Source: an uncultured Dehalococcoidia bacterium | GTDB lineage: Bacteria; Chloroflexota; Dehalococcoidia; DSTF01; JACRBR01 | NCBI GenBank assembly: GCA_964371095.1 | Contig: CAYJMJ010000004.1 | Coordinates: 17,651 to 81,650 of the forward strand | DNA: 64,000 bases | Reading direction: 5' to 3' | In this document: positions 18,490 through 28,937 of the stretch, piece after piece | Numbering within the stretch: position 1 is the first letter of the stretch | Layout: the number at the start of each line of letters is the position of its first letter | Program-made: the position numbers and the translations under genes | Notes under the pieces: generated by a model | The model's input: only the letters and a program-made list of their open reading frames with translations | Databases searched by the model: none | What the model was told of the DNA's origin: nothing

Positions 18490-19188
18490 ATGCCCGCACC
18501 CGCGAAGGTCGTCATCGTCGACGACGACGAGCACATCCGGGAACTTGCCTCGCTCTACCTGCGCAAGGAGGGGTTCGACGTCACCTGCGCCTGCGACGGC
18601 ACGAGTGCGCTCGAGAAGATACAGCAGGCGAACGCCAGCCTCGTCGTGCTCGACCTGATGCTGCCCGGCATGAGCGGCTTCGACGTCTGCAAGCAGATCC
18701 GCCTCACGAGCAACGTGCCGATCATCATGCTCACCGCGCGCGATGAGGACGTGGACAAGATCGTCGGCCTGGAGCTTGGCGCCGATGACTACCTCACCAA
18801 GCCGTTCAACCCGCGCGAACTCGTTGCGCGCGTCAAAGCCATCCTGCGCCGCGCCGACGGCCAGTCCCCCGCGACGGACGCAGCGGCCGTCATCCGCGCC
18901 GGCTCGCTCGCCATCGACAAGCAGCGCCGCGAGGCGACCATCGGCGACCACGAACTGCAGCTCCGCACCAAGGAGTTCGACCTGCTCGCCGCGCTCGCCG
19001 AGAACGCCGGCATCGTCCTCACCCGCGAGCAGCTGCTGGATCGCGTCTGGGGCTACAATTTCTACGGCGAGACGCGCACGGTCGACGTCCACGTGCAGCA
19101 CGTGCGCGCGAAGCTCGGGGAGTCCGGCCTGAGCATCGTCACCGTGCGCGGCGTCGGATACAAGCTGGTCGACCAGGCCGCGCGCTGA
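18490..19188 (+). CDS. OmpR-family response regulator
   Basis: Receiver domain (VVIVDDDEHIRELASLYL...DLMLPGMSGFDV...KPF) and a winged-helix output domain. GGAG Shine-Dalgarno. Confidence 0.9.
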   Translation: MPAPAKVVIVDDDEHIRELASLYLRKEGFDVTCACDGTSALEKIQQANASLVVLDLMLPGMSGFDVCKQIRLTSNVPIIMLTARDEDVDKIVGLELGADDYLTKPFNPRELVARVKAILRRADGQSPATDAAAVIRAGSLAIDKQRREATIGDHELQLRTKEFDLLAALAENAGIVLTREQLLDRVWGYNFYGETRTVDVHVQHVRAKLGESGLSIVTVRGVGYKLVDQAAR

Positions 19189-19199
19189 GGCTACCCCGC

Positions 19200-20729
19200 G
19201 TGTTGAACAGCGTTCGCTCCCGCCTCATCGCATCGTTCGCGCTGATCGTCGTGATCACGCTGGCCACGGCCGGGCTCGCGCTCTTCGCGCGGCTCGGCGG
19301 CTATCGGGACCAGATCGACGCCGGCACACTTCGCTCCACCGCCGCGCCGGTCTACTACAACCTCACCTTCTTCCCGGATGCACTGAAGGCCGATTCGGTG
19401 ACCGGCCGCCGCCTCCGCACCGAACTCACGTCGTACCTCCGGCTGCAGGCGCAGGACGCCGGCGTCATCGTCGTCCTCATCGATGCACAGGGCAACGTCA
19501 TCAACGAGGGCGCCACCGACGAGCGCTTGCTCGACGCGCACTTCGACGTGCCACCGCCGCCCGCGCGCGGCCCCGACTTCAAGCAGCTGCCCGAGCAGAA
19601 GTTCGACATCGACGGCGGCGGCACGCTGCTCTACGTCACCGTGCCGACGCCGAGGGTCGTGCGGGCGCAGCCCGCCGGTGTCGCCGCCATCGTCGTCGCG
19701 CTGCCCGAGACCAGCGCGCGCGACGTCTTTCGCGATCTGGCGCCGCGCCTGCTCTTCGCTGGCGCCATCGGCCTCGCCGCCGCGCTTGCCGTCGCGCTCG
19801 TGCTCTGGGCATGGATGTACCGGCCGCTCGGGAAGATCACGCGCGGCATCCGCGCCGTCGCGAGCGGCGACTACCGGCAGCGCGTGCCCGTCTCCGGCCC
19901 CGCCGAGCTGCGCGAGATGGCCGAAGACGTCAACGTGATGGCCGACTCCGTGCAGGTGTCGCAGCGGGCGCTCCGCGAGTTCCTGGCCAACGTCTCGCAC
20001 GAATTGAAAACGCCGCTGACGTCGATCCGCGGATTCTCGCAGGCCCTCGTCGACGGCACCCTCGACACGCCCGAGGAGCGCGCCCGCGCAGCCCGCGTCA
20101 TCGACATCGAGTCGCGCCGCCTCCTGCATCTCGTGGGCGAGCTGCTCGACCTCTCGCGCATCGAATCCGGCCAGCAGGCCATGCGGCTCGCCGCCGTACC
20201 CGCGTCCGAGCTGCTCGCGCACGTCCGCGACGTCTTCTCGATGCGCGAGGAGGAGAGCGGCGTCGCGCTCCGCATCGCCGCCCCGGACGATGCCGTCGTC
20301 TCCGCCGATTTCGATCGCATCGAGCAGGTGCTCGGGAACCTGGTCGACAACGCGTTCCGGCACACGCCGGCCGGCGGTTGGATCGAGGCGGGCGTGCGCC
20401 GCGCGAGCCCCGGCTTCGTCGAGTTCTACGTTAGCGACAGCGGCACCGGCATCCCGGAGGCGGAATTGCCGCACGTCTTCGACCGCTTCTACCGGAGCAG
20501 CGGCGAGCCGTCCGGTACCGGCGCCGGCCTCGGCCTCGCGATCTCCCGCGAGATCGTGCGCGCGCACGGCGGCCAGATTCGCGCCGAGGCGCCTGTCGCG
20601 GGCGGCACGACCTTCGTCTTCACGCTGCCGGTCGCGGGAGGAGCATCGCCGTCGCCGTCATCCGGGAATCGCGACCGCCCGTCGCCCCGGCTGACGCCGC
20701 CTTCCGAAGTACGGCGCGCCGGCGGCTAG
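19200..20729 (+). CDS. sensor histidine kinase (2 TM, periplasmic sensor, HAMP, HisKA, HATPase_c)
   Basis: H-box SHELKTPLTSIRGF, plus N, G1 (DSGTGI) and G2 (GTGAGLGLAI) boxes. Confidence 0.9.
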   Translation: MLNSVRSRLIASFALIVVITLATAGLALFARLGGYRDQIDAGTLRSTAAPVYYNLTFFPDALKADSVTGRRLRTELTSYLRLQAQDAGVIVVLIDAQGNVINEGATDERLLDAHFDVPPPPARGPDFKQLPEQKFDIDGGGTLLYVTVPTPRVVRAQPAGVAAIVVALPETSARDVFRDLAPRLLFAGAIGLAAALAVALVLWAWMYRPLGKITRGIRAVASGDYRQRVPVSGPAELREMAEDVNVMADSVQVSQRALREFLANVSHELKTPLTSIRGFSQALVDGTLDTPEERARAARVIDIESRRLLHLVGELLDLSRIESGQQAMRLAAVPASELLAHVRDVFSMREEESGVALRIAAPDDAVVSADFDRIEQVLGNLVDNAFRHTPAGGWIEAGVRRASPGFVEFYVSDSGTGIPEAELPHVFDRFYRSSGEPSGTGAGLGLAISREIVRAHGGQIRAEAPVAGGTTFVFTLPVAGGASPSPSSGNRDRPSPRLTPPSEVRRAGG

Positions 20730-22450
20730 CCGTTCGCTCTTACGTAGGACTCCCGCGGCAAGAAGTACGCCCGAAACGTCACCTCGCCGCCGCGCCGCCC
20801 TTCGGCGCTCGTGCCGCCGCTGAAGCGAAGCATCACGCCGTCGGCGTCCGAGAGATACGAACCGAGGAAGACGTACACGACGTCCGTGCTGCGGTCCGGA
20901 ACCGGATCGCCGGCGCCGCCGACGATGGGCAACCGCGTGCCGAACTCCTTCGAGCGATCCTCACCGGTGTATCCCGGCGCGAGAAACCGCCGCGTCTCGT
21001 AATCGAACGACCAGCGGTCGCTGTAGAAGTACACGTACGTGTCCTTCGGCAAGCCGTCGATATACCGCGAAGCGGCATCGATCTCGTACGGATACACGAG
21101 GCGCATCGCGGCGGTCTGCTGTACAGGCCCGAAGTACTGCCAGACGGAGCTAACGCCGGCGATGGCGACGGCGCCGATCGCGACGGCGAGGCCGGCCCGG
21201 CCGGACAGCCGTCGCCGCGCCTGCCACGCCGTTTCCCAGATCCACGCGAGCGGAAGCGCGGCGAGCAGCGCCACGAACGGCGCCAGTCCCAGCGTGCGCC
21301 GGAACAGTCCGTCCTCGACCGTGAGCAGCGCGCCGAGCGGCAGCACGACGCACGCCGCCAGCACGACGGCGTACTCCGGCCTCCGCCAACTCCAGATCGC
21401 GATGCCGAGGCCGGCGAGCGCCAGCAGCGACATCCACGGACCCACCGCCGGATGACCCGCCGTCGCCAGCCCGTCGCCGAAGTCCGGCCGGTCGCCCAGG
21501 ATGAGCCCCCGTTCGAGTTCGGCCGCGCGGTTCCAGATCAGCTTGGCCCTTCCCGGCCCCCCCGCGTCCTTCCACTGGCTCGACGACGTGAGGCCGACGA
21601 CGCGATCGTGCTGCCGGTACTCGCTCCCGTGCGTGCGCGCGTACTCGATCAGCGGCGCCGCCGTCGCCAGCGCGCACACGGCGAACACGGCGCAATCGAC
21701 GAGCAGGAAGCGCGCGCGGCGGCGCCATCCCCGCTCGTACAACGTCGCCCAGGCGAGCGCAACGAACGGCACCGGCACGAACAGCAGGTATGCGTTGTAG
21801 CTGTACACGCCGAGGCCGTGGAGCGCGCCGGCGATCCCGAACAGCCAGAAGCTGCGCCGCCGGAACGCCAGCCACAGCGCCCACAGGACCAGCACCTCCA
21901 TGAACGGCCAGGAAACGACCATGAACGCCGTGCGGCTCAGGTGCAGGTGCCACATCATTACCGCCAGCAGCGTGGCGCCGAACGCCGCCACGGTGCGGTT
22001 GAACATGCAGGCGAACGCCGCATACGCGAGCGGGATGGTCGCCACCCCGAACAGCGCCATCGAGAAGCGCGCCGTGAACGTCGTGTCGGGCAGGAACTTG
22101 AACAGCGCCGCCGTGACGTAGAGCGGCCCCGTCGGCTGCCCGAGCGCGCTCGTCACGTACGGGCCGATCCACCCCTCGCGGAGGATGCGCTGCGCGTCAA
22201 GCGCCGTCCACGCCTCGTCGCCGTGCAGGCCGAGCGGCACCGCGCCGAGACGCCAGAAACGAAGCAGTGCCGCCAGGACCGTGACGGCGGCGACGATCGC
22301 GAGGTCGGTCCGGGCGCCGGCGAGCGAGTCAGCCAGGCGCCGCGCCGTCGATCGGGTCGGCGCCGCAGCGGCAGCTTCGGGACGCGCGCCGGAAGCCGCC
22401 GCCGGCTCAACGATCACCTGGCACTCCCGTGAAACGCGACTGCGAGGCAT
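20726..22450 (-). CDS. GT39/ArnT-like membrane glycosyltransferase (PMT family)
   Basis: Polytopic membrane protein; the N-terminal region WRLGAVPLGLHGDEAW is typical of undecaprenyl/dolichyl-phosphate sugar transferases. Start chosen at MPRSRVS. Its 3' end overlaps the kinase gene by 4 nt. Confidence 0.8.
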   Translation of the reverse strand: MPRSRVSRECQVIVEPAAASGARPEAAAAAPTRSTARRLADSLAGARTDLAIVAAVTVLAALLRFWRLGAVPLGLHGDEAWTALDAQRILREGWIGPYVTSALGQPTGPLYVTAALFKFLPDTTFTARFSMALFGVATIPLAYAAFACMFNRTVAAFGATLLAVMMWHLHLSRTAFMVVSWPFMEVLVLWALWLAFRRRSFWLFGIAGALHGLGVYSYNAYLLFVPVPFVALAWATLYERGWRRRARFLLVDCAVFAVCALATAAPLIEYARTHGSEYRQHDRVVGLTSSSQWKDAGGPGRAKLIWNRAAELERGLILGDRPDFGDGLATAGHPAVGPWMSLLALAGLGIAIWSWRRPEYAVVLAACVVLPLGALLTVEDGLFRRTLGLAPFVALLAALPLAWIWETAWQARRRLSGRAGLAVAIGAVAIAGVSSVWQYFGPVQQTAAMRLVYPYEIDAASRYIDGLPKDTYVYFYSDRWSFDYETRRFLAPGYTGEDRSKEFGTRLPIVGGAGDPVPDRSTDVVYVFLGSYLSDADGVMLRFSGGTSAEGRRGGEVTFRAYFLPRESYVRANG

Positions 22451-22545
22451 ACTGAACGCTCGAACCCCGATCGCGCCGCCGCCTGCGGTCCGCATTCTGA
22501 CGCATGCGGACCACCGGCACCACGGCCGGGGCGGAAGGAGATGAC

Positions 22546-25032
22546 ATGGCAGGGATCGCTCGCAAACCCCATCGCCTGACCGCAAAGCAACTCCGCCGCG
22601 TCTGCGATCCGCGCTCGCTGAAGTTCAAGACCACCGCCGACGTGCAGCCGATCGAGGGCACCGTCGGCCAGGATCGCGCCGTCAGCGCCATGGATTTCGG
22701 ACTGAGCATCGAAGCCGAAGGCTTCAACGTGTTCGTCGCCGGCCCGCCCGGCACCGGCCGCACGACCGAGTTGAAGGCCCAGGTCACGAGCATCGCCTCG
22801 CGCCGTCCGGCGCCCCGCGACTGGTGCTACGTCTTCAACTTTCGCGAGCCCGCCCGGCCGCGCGCCCTCAGCCTGCCGCCCGATCGCGGCCACCAGCTCA
22901 GCCAGGACGTCGCCGAGCTCGTCGAGGCGCTCCGCAAGGACGTACCGCGCGCGTTCGAGAGCGACGAGTACGCGCAGCGGCGCGACCAGGTCAACCGCGA
23001 GTTGCAGGCCCAGCGCGAGCGCTTCTTCGAGGTGCTCGAGAAGGAGGCGCATCAGCGCGACCTCGCCGTGAACGTCACGCCCGTCGGCATCACGACCATG
23101 CCGGTCATCGATGCGAAGCCGATCACCAAGGAGCAATACGATCTCCTGTCCGACGAGCGCAAGCGGCAGATCCAGGAGCGCACCGCGGAGCTGGACTCGA
23201 TCATCGCCCAGATGGCGCCGCAGCTCCGCCGCCTCGACCGCGGCGCCGCGCAGCTCCTCGGCCAGCTCGACAGCCAGCTCATGGCCGCCCTCGTCCATCC
23301 GCGGCTCGAGGAGCTGAAGAAGGACTACAGCGACGAGAAGGACGTGCTCGACTTCCTCGACGCGCTCGGCGACGACATGATCGCGCACCTCGGCGACTTT
23401 CGGTCACCCGAGGAGGCGCCGCCGCAGATCCCCGGGCTGCCGGCCTTCTCGCGCGATGGAGTGTTCGACCGGTACAAGGTCAACGTCATCGTCACGCACG
23501 CGAAGGACGCCACCGCGCCCGTCGTGATCGCCGAGAGCCCGTCGTACTACCACATGTTTGGACGCATCGACTACCGCTCGACCTTCGGGTCGATGGTCAC
23601 CGACCACACGATGATCAAGCCCGGCGCGCTGCATCGCGCAAACGGCGGCTTCCTCGTCGTCCAGGCGCTCGACGTGCTTACCGCGCCGCTCGTCTGGGAA
23701 ACGCTCAAGCGCGCGCTTCGGACGCGACAGCTCCGGCTGGAGAACATCGGCGAGCAGTTCAGCATCATCCCGTCCGCATCGCTCTCGCCCGAGCCGATCC
23801 CGCTCCGCGTCAAGGTGGCGATGATCGGCACCGGACGCGTCTTCCAGATCCTCCAGACGGTCGACGAGGAGTTCGAGAAGCTCTTCAAGGCCAAGGCCGA
23901 CTTCACCATCGACGCCGACCGTATTGACGAGCACGTCGACGTCTACGCCCGCTTCATCGCCCGCCAGGCGATCGACAAGGGCATGCGGCCGTTCGACCGC
24001 GGCGCCGTCGCCCGCGTTGTCGAGCAAAGCTCGCGCCTCGTCGGCGACCAGGGGAAGCTCACGCTCCGCATGATGGACATCGTCGACCTGCTGGTCGAGG
24101 CCGACTACTGGGCGTGCGAAGAAGGGGCCAGGGCCGTCTCCGCGGCGCACATCGACAAGGCGATCGAGCAGAACACCTACCGCTCGAACCTGATCGAGGA
24201 CCGCATCCAGGAACTGATCAACAACGGCACGCTCAAGGTTGACGTCGGTGGCGAGGTCGTCGGCCAGGTCAACGGCCTCTCGGTGTACGAGACCGGCGAC
24301 TACTCGTTCGGCCGGCCGTCGCGCATCACCGCGCGCGTCAGCATGGGCCGCGGACAGGTGATCAACCTCGAGCGCGAGATCCAGAAGAGCGGCCCGTCGC
24401 ACAGCAAGGGGTTCCTCATCCTCCAGGGGTACCTCAACGGCAAGTTTGCGCATCGGCAGCCGCTCTCGTTCGCCGCCAGCCTCACGTTCGAGCAGGTGTA
24501 CGACGAGGTCGACGGCGACAGCGCGTCATCGACGGAGCTGTACGCGCTGCTCTCCGCGATCACGGACGTGCCGATCCGCCAGGGCGTCGCCGTCACCGGC
24601 TCCGTCAACCAGCTCGGCGAGATCCAGGCGATCGGCGGCGTCAACGAGAAGATCGAGGGCTTCTACGCGGTCTGCAAGGCTCGTGGCCTCACCGGCGACC
24701 AGGGCGTCATGATCCCGAAAGACAACGTCCGCAACCTGATGCTGAAACCGGAGGTCGTGCAGGCCGTCAAGGACGGCACGTTCAACGTCTGGACCCACTC
24801 CACGATCGAAGAGGGTGTCGAGCTGTTGACGAGCATGGCGGCGGGGAAGCTGCGCAAGGACGGCACGTACGCCGAAGGCACGCTCTTCCGCAAGGTCACG
24901 GACACGCTCGAAGCGATGACCCAGCGCGCCATCGAAGTGAACCGCGGCGCCCGCGACGGCGTCGCGCCGACGTCCGTCTCGGCCAACGGCACGCGGCGCG
25001 CCAGGCGCGATGGACGCGAAGCCCAGAAGTAG
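22546..25032 (+). CDS. Lon-like ATP-dependent protease (LonB/COG1067 type: AAA+ plus S16 peptidase)
   Basis: Walker A (GPPGTGRTT) and a C-terminal Lon protease domain with the catalytic Ser/Lys context (GDSASSTELYALLSAITDVPIRQGVAVTGSVNQLGEIQAIGGVNEKIEGF). About 830 aa. Confidence 0.85.
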   Translation: MAGIARKPHRLTAKQLRRVCDPRSLKFKTTADVQPIEGTVGQDRAVSAMDFGLSIEAEGFNVFVAGPPGTGRTTELKAQVTSIASRRPAPRDWCYVFNFREPARPRALSLPPDRGHQLSQDVAELVEALRKDVPRAFESDEYAQRRDQVNRELQAQRERFFEVLEKEAHQRDLAVNVTPVGITTMPVIDAKPITKEQYDLLSDERKRQIQERTAELDSIIAQMAPQLRRLDRGAAQLLGQLDSQLMAALVHPRLEELKKDYSDEKDVLDFLDALGDDMIAHLGDFRSPEEAPPQIPGLPAFSRDGVFDRYKVNVIVTHAKDATAPVVIAESPSYYHMFGRIDYRSTFGSMVTDHTMIKPGALHRANGGFLVVQALDVLTAPLVWETLKRALRTRQLRLENIGEQFSIIPSASLSPEPIPLRVKVAMIGTGRVFQILQTVDEEFEKLFKAKADFTIDADRIDEHVDVYARFIARQAIDKGMRPFDRGAVARVVEQSSRLVGDQGKLTLRMMDIVDLLVEADYWACEEGARAVSAAHIDKAIEQNTYRSNLIEDRIQELINNGTLKVDVGGEVVGQVNGLSVYETGDYSFGRPSRITARVSMGRGQVINLEREIQKSGPSHSKGFLILQGYLNGKFAHRQPLSFAASLTFEQVYDEVDGDSASSTELYALLSAITDVPIRQGVAVTGSVNQLGEIQAIGGVNEKIEGFYAVCKARGLTGDQGVMIPKDNVRNLMLKPEVVQAVKDGTFNVWTHSTIEEGVELLTSMAAGKLRKDGTYAEGTLFRKVTDTLEAMTQRAIEVNRGARDGVAPTSVSANGTRRARRDGREAQK

Positions 25033-25477
25033 CCCTCCCACGCGGGAGGAAATCTCGGCCGGCGGCGTCGTGTTCCGGCCGCGCGACGGCGGCGGCTTCG
25101 ACATCGCCCTCATCCGCACACACGAGCGCCGCTGGCAGCTGCCCAAGGGCTGGATCGAACACGGCGAGGCCGCGGAGCACACGGCCGTGCGCGAGGTCCG
25201 GGAGGAGGCCGGCGTCGACGCCGCCGTCGTCCGGCCGCTCGACCGGATCGAGTACTGGTACACGTCGCGGTACGACGCCGAGCCGGTGCGCGTGCACAAG
25301 TTCGTGCACTTCTTCCTCCTCCGATACACCGGCGGCTCCACCGACGATCATGACGACGAGGTCACCGAGGCGCGTTGGACCGACATCGCCGAAGCCGAGC
25401 GCATGCTCGCCTTCAAGGACGAGCGCCGCATCGTCGCGATGGCTCGCGACGCGCTCGGGGCGACTGCAGAACCCTGA
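25010..25477 (+). CDS. NUDIX hydrolase
   Basis: Nudix box GWIEHGEAAEHTAVREVREEAGV. Overlaps the Lon-like gene by 23 nt. Confidence 0.8.
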   Translation: MDAKPRSSPPTREEISAGGVVFRPRDGGGFDIALIRTHERRWQLPKGWIEHGEAAEHTAVREVREEAGVDAAVVRPLDRIEYWYTSRYDAEPVRVHKFVHFFLLRYTGGSTDDHDDEVTEARWTDIAEAERMLAFKDERRIVAMARDALGATAEP

Positions 25478-25525
25478 TGCCATCCGGGGCGTACGTGGAG
25501 ATGACGCGATTGACCAGGGAGCACG

Positions 25526-27112
25526 ATGATGCCTGACGCCAACGACCTGACGCAGATGCGCGGACCCGTGGTCGCCAACCACGGCATGGTGGCCTCCGAG
25601 CACCCGCTCGTCTCGCAAACGGGCGTCTCGGTGCTGCGTGGCGGCGGCAACGCGTTCGATGCCGCGATCGCCATGTCGGCGCTGCTGCCCGTCGTCAAAC
25701 CGCACCGCAACCATCTCGGCGGCGACGCCTACATCCTCGCCTACCCCGCGAGCGAGCGCCGCGTCACGGCGATCTGCTCCGGCGGCAAGGCGCCCGCCGC
25801 GGCGACGCTCGACCGCTACGCCGGCGCCATGCCCGCGACCGGCGGCGCCGCCTGCGCCATTCCCGGCCTCGTCGATGCGTGGCAGGAGTTCCACGCCCGC
25901 TGGTGCACCATGCCGATGCCTGATCTCGTTCGCCCGGCGGTTGCCGCGGCACGCGAAGGCTTCCCGGTCTCGCGCGAACTCGCGCTCATGCTGCACTACG
26001 CGCGCGGCCTCTTCGCGAAACACCCGGCGATGGCCGACGCGTTCTACCGCAACGGCGAACCGCCCGCGTTCGGCGCCATCTACCGCCAACCTGAACTGGC
26101 CGACGTCATCGAGGCCATCGGCATGCACGGCCGCAGCGCGTTCTACGAGGGCAAGGTCGCCGAGCGCATCGCCGAGGGCGTGCAACGCGCCGGCGGCTCC
26201 ATGACGGCCGAAGACCTCGCGTCGCACAGCGCGGACGTGCTCGAACCGCTGTCGGTCGACTACCGCGGGCACACCGTGTACGAGACGCCGCCGAACTCGC
26301 AGGGCCTGATCCTGCTCGAGGAGCTGAACCTCATCGAGGGCTACGATCTCGCGGCCTGGGGCCATCTCTCGCCCGACGCCGTCCATCACATGGTCGAGGC
26401 GAAGAAGGTCGCATTCGAGGACCGGGAGCGCACCGCTGGCGACGCCGCGTTCGTGAACTTCGACCCGTCGTCGTTGCTGACGAAGGAATGGGCCTCAACG
26501 CGACGCCAGGCCATCGATCCACGGCTTGCGCGGCCCGCGCCGGCCGCCGTCAACTCGTCCGATACGACGTCGTTCGTCGTCGCCGACGCCGCCGGCAATG
26601 TCTGCTCGTTCATCCAGAGCATTTTCGCCCACTGGGGCGCGGCCGTCGCGATCGATGGCACGGGCATCATCATGAACAACCGCATGAACGGCTTCTCGCT
26701 CGACCCGGCGCACCCGAACGTCCTCGCGCCCGGCAAGCGCACCATGCACACGCTCAACACCTACCTCGTCTTCCGCGACGGCAGGCCGTACATCGTCGGC
26801 AACACGCCGGGCGCCGACTACCAGGTCCAGACGAACCTGCAGGTGATCACCGGCATCATCGACTTCGGCCTTGACCCACAGGCCGCGATCGATGCCGCGC
26901 GCTGGGGCGACTCGCCGAGCGGCCTGCTCGTCGAAGACCACATGCCCGACGCGACGCAGCGCGAGTTGGCGCGCCGTGGCCACGACGTCAAGCCGGTGCC
27001 GCGCGTCCTCGCCCCGATGGGCCGGGCTCAGGCCATCGTCATCGACCCTGCCTCCGGCGTTATGATCGCAGGTAGCGACGCCCGCGGCGAAGGCGCCGCC
27101 GCCGGCTGGTGA
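25526..27112 (+). CDS. ggt: gamma-glutamyltransferase
   Basis: GGT-family Ntn hydrolase with a TTSFVVAD autoprocessing site (the Thr nucleophile) and a GSDARGEG C-terminus. Confidence 0.9.
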   Translation: MMPDANDLTQMRGPVVANHGMVASEHPLVSQTGVSVLRGGGNAFDAAIAMSALLPVVKPHRNHLGGDAYILAYPASERRVTAICSGGKAPAAATLDRYAGAMPATGGAACAIPGLVDAWQEFHARWCTMPMPDLVRPAVAAAREGFPVSRELALMLHYARGLFAKHPAMADAFYRNGEPPAFGAIYRQPELADVIEAIGMHGRSAFYEGKVAERIAEGVQRAGGSMTAEDLASHSADVLEPLSVDYRGHTVYETPPNSQGLILLEELNLIEGYDLAAWGHLSPDAVHHMVEAKKVAFEDRERTAGDAAFVNFDPSSLLTKEWASTRRQAIDPRLARPAPAAVNSSDTTSFVVADAAGNVCSFIQSIFAHWGAAVAIDGTGIIMNNRMNGFSLDPAHPNVLAPGKRTMHTLNTYLVFRDGRPYIVGNTPGADYQVQTNLQVITGIIDFGLDPQAAIDAARWGDSPSGLLVEDHMPDATQRELARRGHDVKPVPRVLAPMGRAQAIVIDPASGVMIAGSDARGEGAAAGW

Positions 27113-27183
27113 CCGGTCACCGCAACGGGCCGAGCCGCGTCTCGCGCCGAGGGCGCTCAGGCAGCGAACCGCCGCGCCTCTCC

Positions 27184-28767
27184 TCAATCCTGCGGCACAG
27201 GCCGCTCCAACTCCTCGATGGGGATCGGCATGTGGCAGTAACTGCAGGACGCTTCGTTCAGCGGGTCGCCGCCCAGACGCGATTGGCCCTGGCTGCCGAG
27301 GTCATGGCAGGTGAGACACCCGCCGCCGCCCAGGCCGCCGGAAAGCTGCTTACCGGTGGTGACGTTGACCAACTTGGCATGGCAACGGAAGCAGCCCGTA
27401 TTGACGTCAAGCCTGCCTATCGCATGCCCGCGGTTCTCCGCGTAGGTGAGCCAGCTCGTGTTCATGTCCGGATAGAACACCAGCGTCGAGATGCGTTTCA
27501 ATTCGTCGATCGCGGCTCGGATAGATGACTCCTTCACCGCGGCTATGTCTGGATAGTCAGTCCGATAGAACTCCTGTAGCTGCTCGAACCACCCGGGTTG
27601 TTTCCATTGCGCGGCCTGCGCCGCAGGATCGGTGACGGTAGCGTCGTGGATGCCCATCAGCCGGAGTGCTTCCCGTTTCAGGTACGGAAGGCTGGCGTCC
27701 ATGCGGCCGGCCGTGAGCGCGTCGTCGATGAGCGTATCCGGGGCAGGGATCTTGTGAGCCGCCCTATTGTGGCAGTCGATGCAGTCCATGAGGCGTTCGT
27801 TCTGCAGCTCCTGCCCCTCCGACACGTTCGGATTAACCCACTCGTCGTTGCCCTCGGGCTTTTCCACGACGACGCGGCCGATGACTTGCCGCTGTTCGTC
27901 GGCCGAGCGGTAGTAGACCTTCGCCGACGTGTGCCAGTGGACGCCGCCCGCCTCCTCCAGCAGGCTGCCGCCCGTGCCGACTCGGAACGCCAGGGCGCGG
28001 GCGTGAAGGGTGTTGTTCTCGTCGGGGAGGTAGGACCGGTACACGCGAAGGAAGAGGCCGTGCGCCTGCTCGCGCCAGTGGCACCCCTCGCATGTGGCGC
28101 GCGCCGGGCGGAGGTTCTTGGCCGGAGCCGGCACCGGCCTGGGGAACGAATTCGTCACGACGGCTGCCAGCTGGCCCATCCCTCCCAGCTTCGATTTCAC
28201 GTACCAGCTCGCCCCGGGCCCGATGTGGCAGGCGGTGCAGCGCACTTCGGCATGAGCAGAGCGCTTGTAGGCCTCATATTGGGGCTTCATGACCGTGTGG
28301 CAGAGCCGGCCACAAAAGGCCGGAGAGTCCATGAACTCCACCGTCCGATATCCGGTGGCCCCCAACATCCCCGCGATCACCGCGGTGAGTGTGGCGAAGA
28401 GCAGGATTGCCCTCAGGTGCTGGGGATTGCCGAAGTCCACTTGCAGGGCGGGCGGGGCACCTTGGCCCCGCCGTGCGGCGGCCGCCTGCCGACGCGCTTC
28501 CCAGAGCATACCTGCGGGCACAAGAACGAGACCCAGGACGAGCACCGTGGGCAGGGCCGTGAAAACCAGCATGCCGATGTAGGGGCTCGTCTCCACGTCG
28601 AAGACCTGCGACGTGAGAAGGAAGGCGAGACTGCCCAGACCGGCGGACACCAGCACGCCTCCCAGCAGGGAGATCGGGTTGCGAGCCAGGTGGCGGGCAG
28701 GCGAGTCGTTCATGGCGCCGCGTCCAGATTCATTCTCGGTGCGCTCGTTCAGTTGCCTACCGGTCAA
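27184..28767 (-). CDS. membrane-anchored multihaem cytochrome c (7 CxxCH)
   Basis: Three N-terminal transmembrane helices, then CGRLCH, CTACH, CEGCH, CIDCH, CFRCH, CLTCH and CSYCH. An alternative start at MNDSPAR (28716) is possible. Confidence 0.8.
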   Translation of the reverse strand: MTGRQLNERTENESGRGAMNDSPARHLARNPISLLGGVLVSAGLGSLAFLLTSQVFDVETSPYIGMLVFTALPTVLVLGLVLVPAGMLWEARRQAAAARRGQGAPPALQVDFGNPQHLRAILLFATLTAVIAGMLGATGYRTVEFMDSPAFCGRLCHTVMKPQYEAYKRSAHAEVRCTACHIGPGASWYVKSKLGGMGQLAAVVTNSFPRPVPAPAKNLRPARATCEGCHWREQAHGLFLRVYRSYLPDENNTLHARALAFRVGTGGSLLEEAGGVHWHTSAKVYYRSADEQRQVIGRVVVEKPEGNDEWVNPNVSEGQELQNERLMDCIDCHNRAAHKIPAPDTLIDDALTAGRMDASLPYLKREALRLMGIHDATVTDPAAQAAQWKQPGWFEQLQEFYRTDYPDIAAVKESSIRAAIDELKRISTLVFYPDMNTSWLTYAENRGHAIGRLDVNTGCFRCHAKLVNVTTGKQLSGGLGGGGCLTCHDLGSQGQSRLGGDPLNEASCSYCHMPIPIEELERPVPQD

Positions 28768-28937
28768 GCCGTGAACGACGGTGGCAACGTTGCGAACGGC
28801 CTCCGCGACGCATTGTTCTGTGAGCCATGTCGCACGTCAATAGCCTTGAAGCCGGCAGATCGCACGTACACATCGTCCCTCCGCCGCCGATGCTACGATG
28901 AACTACGCCCGCGATCGCACCTGACGGAGCGCTGCGC

